A stretch of DNA of 64,000 nucleotides from Candidatus Thermosaccharophagus tengchongensis (GTDB lineage: Bacteria > Armatimonadota > Fervidibacteria > Fervidibacterales > Thermosaccharophagaceae). The stretch lies in the NCBI GenBank assembly GCA_032161105.1, contig JAVHTD010000003.1; one strand, 5' to 3'. Below, piece after piece: positions 58,541-64,000 of the stretch. The notes beneath the pieces were generated by a model, which ran no database searches, was not told the DNA's origin, and saw nothing but the letters and a program-made list of their open reading frames with translations. A program made the position numbers and the translations under genes. Every line of letters starts with the position of its first letter. Position 1 is the stretch's first letter.

Positions 58541-59896
58541 TCACTTCATCTTACGAGGGGGTTTCTTGCGCTCCTTTGGATGAAGTATTTTGCTCACCGC
58601 AACCTTTGCCACTTCACGAATTTCTGGGATGTCAAACGATGCTGCATACCTTAGCGCATCCAACGCCCGCTCATCACCTATCTCGCCGAGCGCTTCAATG
58701 GCTGATTGCCTGACTTGCGGATGCTCATCAAACACAAGCCGTATAAGCGGGAGAGTGCCTCTTTTATCCCGTATCTCACCCAGCGCTTTTGCGGCGTGGT
58801 AACGCACGCTCCACTCTGGGTCATTCAACGCCTCGCAAAGCAACTCAACAGCATTTGCATCCTTAAGTTGCCCAAGCCCTTGAGCAGCCGTCAGACGAAT
58901 GAGCCAGTCGGTATCATTCAGAGCCTTCCTGAGCAAAGATGATGCCATCGGACCCCCAACCTTCACCAACGCTTTGACGGCGCTGAATCTCACCTCGTGG
59001 TTTGGATCCTTGAGCAATCGGCTAAGCTGATTAAATGCCCGCTTATCGCCTATGTAACCGAGAGCCTGAACGGCGGATTGCCTGACCCTTACATTCCTAT
59101 CCTTTAGCGCCATTATGAGCCCTTTAACTGCCCGCCTATCCCTCAATTCGCCGAGCGCTTTCGCGGCAGCGTTGCGCACAGATTGCTGTGGGTGCTTCAA
59201 TGCCTTTGTCAAGCTAAGCACAGCATCACCACCAATTTGCACCAATGCTTCGCTTGCTGCCTTCCGCACTTCATAGTTTGGTGACTCTAAACCCTCAATC
59301 AGTGTATCTATCGCTCGCTTATCCCCAACCATACCGAGTGCTTCAGCCGCATGCTTCTGTATCTCCACATTTGGCGATGTCTTAAACAAGTTGAGCAAGG
59401 CTGGCAATGCCCGTTTGCTGCCTATTTGTCCAAGCGCAGTTATGATTATGCGCTGCAATTCGGTTGGCTCTTTATCCAATCGCTTGAGCAACGGTTGCAC
59501 GGCATCTTTACTCCCGATCCTGCCAAGAATATAAGCACTCCATTTGCGGATACGGGTATCCTCATGTTCAAGTCCTTTAATAAGCCGTTGCACAGCTGGT
59601 TTCCCAATTGCCACAAGCGCCTCAGCCGCAACGCGCTGCACATTCACACTCGGGTCTACTAAGGCACGCATCAAAGGTTCAACACCCTTTGGATGCCCAA
59701 TTTTACCGAGGCAAATTGCTGCTACCATGCGTTTTCGGAAACTTACGCCATCAACGAGCGCCCTGCTGAGAGGCTCTATCGCTGCCGTCCTAAAAGATGC
59801 TATATAGTTCGCTATTTTTTCCTGCTCTTCCTCAGTTTTGTTCTCAACCGAGTTGAGCAGGCGCGTCACTGTAGCCCTTATCTGTCTCCTATCCAT
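58541..59896 (-). CDS. HEAT (PBS-lyase type) repeat protein
   Basis: About 12-13 tandem ~31-aa units of the form VR..AA.ALG.IGD.RA...L...L.D. Start placed at ATG 59896. Confidence 0.9.
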   Translation of the reverse strand: MDRRQIRATVTRLLNSVENKTEEEQEKIANYIASFRTAAIEPLSRALVDGVSFRKRMVAAICLGKIGHPKGVEPLMRALVDPSVNVQRVAAEALVAIGKPAVQRLIKGLEHEDTRIRKWSAYILGRIGSKDAVQPLLKRLDKEPTELQRIIITALGQIGSKRALPALLNLFKTSPNVEIQKHAAEALGMVGDKRAIDTLIEGLESPNYEVRKAASEALVQIGGDAVLSLTKALKHPQQSVRNAAAKALGELRDRRAVKGLIMALKDRNVRVRQSAVQALGYIGDKRAFNQLSRLLKDPNHEVRFSAVKALVKVGGPMASSLLRKALNDTDWLIRLTAAQGLGQLKDANAVELLCEALNDPEWSVRYHAAKALGEIRDKRGTLPLIRLVFDEHPQVRQSAIEALGEIGDERALDALRYAASFDIPEIREVAKVAVSKILHPKERKKPPRKMK

Positions 59897-59999
59897 CGCT
59901 TTGCCCCCCGTTTGGGTTTCTTCTCCGACAGCACTAACAGCCGTTGCAACATTCGCACTTACAACTGTCCTTCTACACCTGCTGCCATCTCCAGTTACC

Positions 60000-60011
60000 A
60001 TTATATCGCGC
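60000..60011 (-). promoter_or_regulatory. Putative sigma70 -10 element upstream of the HEAT gene
   Basis: Reverse complement reads GCGCGATATAAT. Confidence 0.5.
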
Positions 60012-60245
60012 TGTTCGCTATTGTAAACCCGAAAGATATCCGAAAATTTTGCGAATTTGTCCCCAATTTTCCCATGCAGCCGAATTCGGTTAATATAGCG
60101 ACACCAATGGAAGCATGCTTCACTTTAGTTAGACATCGCCTTGAGGCTATAAGATGCGCTTGAGGGGGATGATGAGGCTAATTGACACGATAAATTTAAC
60201 ATGATTTCAAAATTTGCATCTCAAAGAAAACATGCTTCCCATCGC

Positions 60246-60261
60246 GTCAAAATCTTTTGAC
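60246..60261. promoter_or_regulatory. Operator-like inverted repeat
   Basis: GTCAAAA-TC-TTTTGAC (perfect 7-2-7) in an AT-rich intergenic region. Confidence 0.35.
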
Positions 60262-60423
60262 ACTTCACTGCTTGAAGATGTGATCCACTCACAAACATGT
60301 CCAGCTTTTTATGAAACAAGATGGACAAAACATATGGGACTAAATTCTTCAAAAGCCCGATTTTCAAGGCGATAGCCTTCGGTGTTAAACTTTTGCCATC
60401 CATTCTTTGACTCACAACGGGCA

Positions 60424-61554
60424 TTAGCGTTCGTCCATCGGGATGTAGCGCAAGTTTGTTGGACCATCGTAGTGAAGCAGGGGTCGTATCAGAACATTGT
60501 TGGAATACTGCTCAAGCGCGTGTGCGACCCAGCCAACGATCCGCCCAAGAGCAAACATGCAGACATACATATCCTTTGGTATGCCAAGGAAGTGGTAAAT
60601 GCAACCGCAATAAAAGTCAACATTAACATGGATGCCCTTGCTCTGTAACGGTTTCATTGCCTCCTCAATTGCAAGCAAAATTTCAAGAATACGCTTATCG
60701 CCGTGCTTCTCACTGAGCACCTTTGCAAGTTCCCTCATATGCCTTGCCCTCGGATCCTCCGTCCTGTAAACCCTGTGTCCAAATCCCATTATCCTTTCCT
60801 TTTTTGCCAGCTTTTGTCGGACATACTCATAAGCCCTCTCTGGAGAGCCAACTTCTAAAGCCATATCTGCAACTGCCTCAGCAGCACCACCATGTAATGG
60901 TCCTTTCAGGGTCGCAATACCTGCCACAACTGCCGCATGTATATCGGAAAGCGTTGAGGCAGCTACACGCACTGCAAATGCTGATGCATTTGAACTATGC
61001 TCAGCATGTAACAACAAATCCAAATCAATCGCCTTTGCTTCCTCCTCGGTTGGCACATCGCCGCGCATCATGTAAAGGAAGTTGGAAGCATGAGACAGTT
61101 CGGGATTTGGCTTAACTGGCTTAAGCCCCTTCCTCAAGCGCTCGTGCATGGCTACTATTGTCGGTAGTTGTGAAATTAACCTCACACCTTTTTGGAGTGT
61201 CGCCTCCAATGAGTTATCGCGAGCATCTGGATCAACAGCACCAAGCGCAGAAACTGCCGTCCGAAGAACATCCATCGGTGGCGCATCCTTTATATGCTCA
61301 ATTATTCTCGCTACAACATCGGGCACACTGCGGCTTTGGCGCAACTGTTCGCAAAACTGCTCATACTCCTGCTTTGTTGGGAGCCTGCCATGAAGCAGCA
61401 GATAGGTGACTTCCTCAAAATTTGAGTGTGTGGCAAGGTCGTGAATATCGTAGCCGCGATAGATGAGCACCCCCCTTTCGGCATCAATTAGACACAGCTT
61501 AGTCGTATCAACGACGACGCCTTTCAAACCCCTCGCAGGTATAACTGGATCCAT
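60424..61554 (-). CDS. Citrate synthase / 2-methylcitrate synthase family
   Basis: LIYRGYDI, EHSSNAS, GPLHGGA, MGFGHRVY and NVDFY. Confidence 0.95.
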   Translation of the reverse strand: MDPVIPARGLKGVVVDTTKLCLIDAERGVLIYRGYDIHDLATHSNFEEVTYLLLHGRLPTKQEYEQFCEQLRQSRSVPDVVARIIEHIKDAPPMDVLRTAVSALGAVDPDARDNSLEATLQKGVRLISQLPTIVAMHERLRKGLKPVKPNPELSHASNFLYMMRGDVPTEEEAKAIDLDLLLHAEHSSNASAFAVRVAASTLSDIHAAVVAGIATLKGPLHGGAAEAVADMALEVGSPERAYEYVRQKLAKKERIMGFGHRVYRTEDPRARHMRELAKVLSEKHGDKRILEILLAIEEAMKPLQSKGIHVNVDFYCGCIYHFLGIPKDMYVCMFALGRIVGWVAHALEQYSNNVLIRPLLHYDGPTNLRYIPMDER

Positions 61555-61605
61555 CTCTCATCCTCCTCTCATGGGAGTTACAAATTCGCGACGGAAGGTG
61601 TCGTG

Positions 61606-62967
61606 TCATACCGCAACGCCATTGCAACTTACAACTTGGCTATACCAATGCCCGCTGTCCTTAACGATGCGCCTTTGTGTCTCAAAGTCAACAAATACGA
61701 TCCCGAACCGTTTGGTATATCCGTAAGCCCATTCAAAGTTATCCATCAGCGACCACACAAAATAGCCAGCGAGGTTTACACCATCAAGTATGGCTTTATG
61801 AGCGCTCAGGATGTGTTGGCGCAGGTAGTTTATGCGCTTCTCATCATGGACTTTCCCATCTGAAGAAACCTCATCTGCGTAGGCTGCGCCATTCTCGGTG
61901 ATATAAATTCGGGGCACACGATATTCCCCATGCAAACGCATAAGCAATTCGCAAAGCCCGTTCGGGTAAACTTCCCAGCCCATCTCGGTATACTCTGCCC
62001 CTTCCACTCTGACACCTTTCGTCTTCAACGGCTTTGAACCCTCATCATGCGCAACGACACTGCGCGAGTAATAGTTCACGCCGAGAAAATCAATTCGCCT
62101 CCCAATGATAGCCATATCTCCAGCCCGAACGCTCGGCATGAGTTCACCATAAAGCTCAACCATATCACTCGGGTATGCTCCCACAAACAGCGGATCCAAG
62201 AACCAACGATTGAGAAAACCATCGTGGCGCATCGCTGCAGCGATGTCCTCTTCCCTATCGCTTGCAGGGTGCACTGGAGATAGGTTAAGCGTTATCCCGA
62301 CTTCGGCATCGTTGCCGCACAAATCGCGCAGCAACTCCACAGCGAGACCATGTGACAATAGCAAGTGATGCGAAACCTGAAGTGCCACCCTGTAATTCCG
62401 TATCCCTGGGGCATGATTTCCAAAGCCATAGCCAATCCATGCTACCACCCAAGGTTCGTTGTGCGTTATCCAGTGCTTGACTCTGTCTCCAAGGTGCTTG
62501 GCAACGACCGAAGTATACTCGGCAAAGTAAAATGCCACATCCCTATTCGCCCATCCACCCTCATCTTGGAGTGCCTGCGGCAAGTCCCAATGATAGAGCG
62601 TGATAAACGGTATTATCCCGCTCTCAAGCAGGGCATCAACCAAGCGGCTGTAAAAGTCAAGCCCCTTGCCATTCACCTTCCCCTTACCATCTGGCAAAAT
62701 GCGCGCCCAAGCGATTGAGAAACGATAAGCCCTTATCCCCAACTCCCTCATCAACTCAACATCTTCACGCCAACGGTGGTAGTGGTCGCAAGCAACATCG
62801 CCAGTGGTGCCATCAAGTATCTTGCCCTTGGTGTGAGAGAAGGCGTCCCATATTGAAAGCCCCTTTCCGTCCTCATTCCAAGCACCTTCAATTTGATATG
62901 ACGATGTTGCAACGCCCCATATGAATCCTTCGGGAAACTTAGCCACCATCTCCTCCACCACCCCCAT
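61606..62967 (-). CDS. GH1 beta-glucosidase
   Basis: ATSSYQIEG, TLYHWDLPQ, HNEP (acid/base), YITENGA (nucleophile) and DNFEW. Confidence 0.96.
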   Translation of the reverse strand: MGVVEEMVAKFPEGFIWGVATSSYQIEGAWNEDGKGLSIWDAFSHTKGKILDGTTGDVACDHYHRWREDVELMRELGIRAYRFSIAWARILPDGKGKVNGKGLDFYSRLVDALLESGIIPFITLYHWDLPQALQDEGGWANRDVAFYFAEYTSVVAKHLGDRVKHWITHNEPWVVAWIGYGFGNHAPGIRNYRVALQVSHHLLLSHGLAVELLRDLCGNDAEVGITLNLSPVHPASDREEDIAAAMRHDGFLNRWFLDPLFVGAYPSDMVELYGELMPSVRAGDMAIIGRRIDFLGVNYYSRSVVAHDEGSKPLKTKGVRVEGAEYTEMGWEVYPNGLCELLMRLHGEYRVPRIYITENGAAYADEVSSDGKVHDEKRINYLRQHILSAHKAILDGVNLAGYFVWSLMDNFEWAYGYTKRFGIVFVDFETQRRIVKDSGHWYSQVVSCNGVAV

Positions 62968-62991
62968 GCTTGCATGAATGAGCTAATGCAC

Positions 62992-63366
62992 TCACTGACA
63001 ACAAACTTCCTCACGCACATTTGTTACCTCATTGCGCTCATTGACGAAGACCACGCGCACACGGTGCGCCTGCAACTCCTCTTCGCTCACCAACACATAC
63101 GATAGGATGATGACCTTATCGCCTCTCTGAGCTAACCTCGCTGCGGCGCCATTAACACAAACGGTTCCGCTGCCTCTCTCACCTTCAATGATATAGGTCG
63201 TGAACCTCTCACCGTTGTTCAGGTTAAGCACATCAACCTGTTCGTTAGGTAGAAGGTCGGCAGCTTCCATCAAGCTTGCATCAATCGTGAGCGAACCTTC
63301 GTAGTTCAAGTTGGTCTCAGTTACGGTTGCGCAATGTATCTTTGACTTGAGCATCGTGCGCATCAA
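62992..63366 (-). CDS. panD: Aspartate 1-decarboxylase
   Basis: [14 protein letters not shown] (G-S cleavage site), RFTTY and NGAAAR. Confidence 0.97.
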   Translation of the reverse strand: MMRTMLKSKIHCATVTETNLNYEGSLTIDASLMEAADLLPNEQVDVLNLNNGERFTTYIIEGERGSGTVCVNGAAARLAQRGDKVIILSYVLVSEEELQAHRVRVVFVNERNEVTNVREEVCCQ

Positions 63367-63449
63367 GACACATCACCCCGATACGCACATTAACTATTCC
63401 CGAATCCACAGGCAACATGCGGTTCCTTCCCGAATTCACAGGTGCGGAG

Positions 63450-64000
63450 CTAACGCGGCACCCTCAAAATCACATTATCAATCAAGCGCGCCTTGCCAAC
63501 GAACGCGGCAACAGCGATTACCGCGTCCCTCTCCACACGCTCAATCGGCTCAAGCGTTTCGGCATCTACAACCTCAACATACTGAGGGCGCACAAGTTCC
63601 GATGAACGCAAATGCTCCTCAACAATGCGCTTCAGCGTAGCTGCATCCCTCTCACCGCTCATAAACATTTTCTGCGCAGCCATCAAACCGCGAGAAAGCG
63701 AGAGCGCAGCTTTCCTCTCATCGGGCAGCAAGTAAACATTCCTTGAGCTCATCGCAAGCCCATCCTCTTCTCGCACAGTTGGGCATGGAACTATCTCAAT
63801 CGGGAAGTTCAAGTCCCTGACCATGCGCTTTATGACCACGAGCTGTTGGTAATCCTTCTCTCCAAAGTAAGCCCTGTGCGGCATTACAATGTTGAATAGC
63901 TTAGCGACAACCGTCGTCACACCGCGAAAGTGTCCGGGTCTAAACGCACCGCATAATCCATCTGTCAGCCCCTCAACATTCACATAAGTGGCATAGCCTT
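63450..64000 (-). CDS. panC: Pantoate--beta-alanine ligase (5' end truncated by the window)
   Basis: RPGHFRGV, FGEKDYQQ, REEDGLAMSSRN and RLIDN; the frame is open to the window edge. Confidence 0.96.
   Translation of the reverse strand, partial: GYATYVNVEGLTDGLCGAFRPGHFRGVTTVVAKLFNIVMPHRAYFGEKDYQQLVVIKRMVRDLNFPIEIVPCPTVREEDGLAMSSRNVYLLPDERKAALSLSRGLMAAQKMFMSGERDAATLKRIVEEHLRSSELVRPQYVEVVDAETLEPIERVERDAVIAVAAFVGKARLIDNVILRVPR

Noticed and set aside
60221..60424. 67-aa ORF in the AT-rich spacer
   Set aside because: No recognisable motif or clear RBS, and atypical composition; probably spurious.
1..64000. CRISPR arrays, IS elements, integrases, prophage, rRNA and tRNA
   Set aside because: I saw no repeat-spacer arrays, transposase or integrase ORFs, or cloverleaf/rRNA signatures. 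The repeats found are protein-coding.

Overview
Gene-dense bacterial chromosomal window with about 52 CDS. I found no rRNA, tRNA, CRISPR array or mobile element. The organism is a diderm (it encodes a secretin) with strong GGAGGTG-type RBSs. Gene content would fit a thermophilic Armatimonadota/Fervidibacteria-like lineage, but that is inference only. Left to right: a sugar-catabolism block (GH172/DUF2961 with three CBM-like repeats, a Zn dehydrogenase, a Gfo/Idh/MocA oxidoreductase) followed by a stand-alone corrinoid protein; purD and leuB; a nadK-recN-steA-steB-GT2-MraY-like envelope cluster; TPR, HAD, M48, lepB, rplS and lspA; a plus-strand block with a non-pyrrolysine MttB, a cysteine-desulfurase-like enzyme, a response regulator, a hybrid kinase, a TPR protein, a PflX-type radical SAM protein, leuD and an RluA-family enzyme. 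A ~31 kb minus-strand run follows, in transcription order: panC, panD, GH1, citrate synthase, a HEAT-repeat protein, smpB, an atypical 709-aa transaldolase-fold protein, an ECF sigma/zinc anti-sigma/RseB trio, an 11-gene type II secretion-like cluster, rimO, an uncharacterised multi-winged-helix protein, an FGGY kinase and a P1 peptidase. The most notable items are four. (1) The T2SS-like cluster appears to be co-transcribed with the sigmaE module from a predicted autoregulatory ECF promoter, and it has a six-N-domain secretin, a PilM-PilN-type GspL and a MshEN-bearing ATPase. (2) The transaldolase-fold enzyme has Gln/Met at the two reaction-specificity positions. (3) The 643-aa protein has about five HARE-HTH/RNAP-delta-like modules plus a B3-like domain. 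(4) A GCGCGn-TAnnnT promoter motif recurs. All calls are by-eye motif recognition; no database searches were run.
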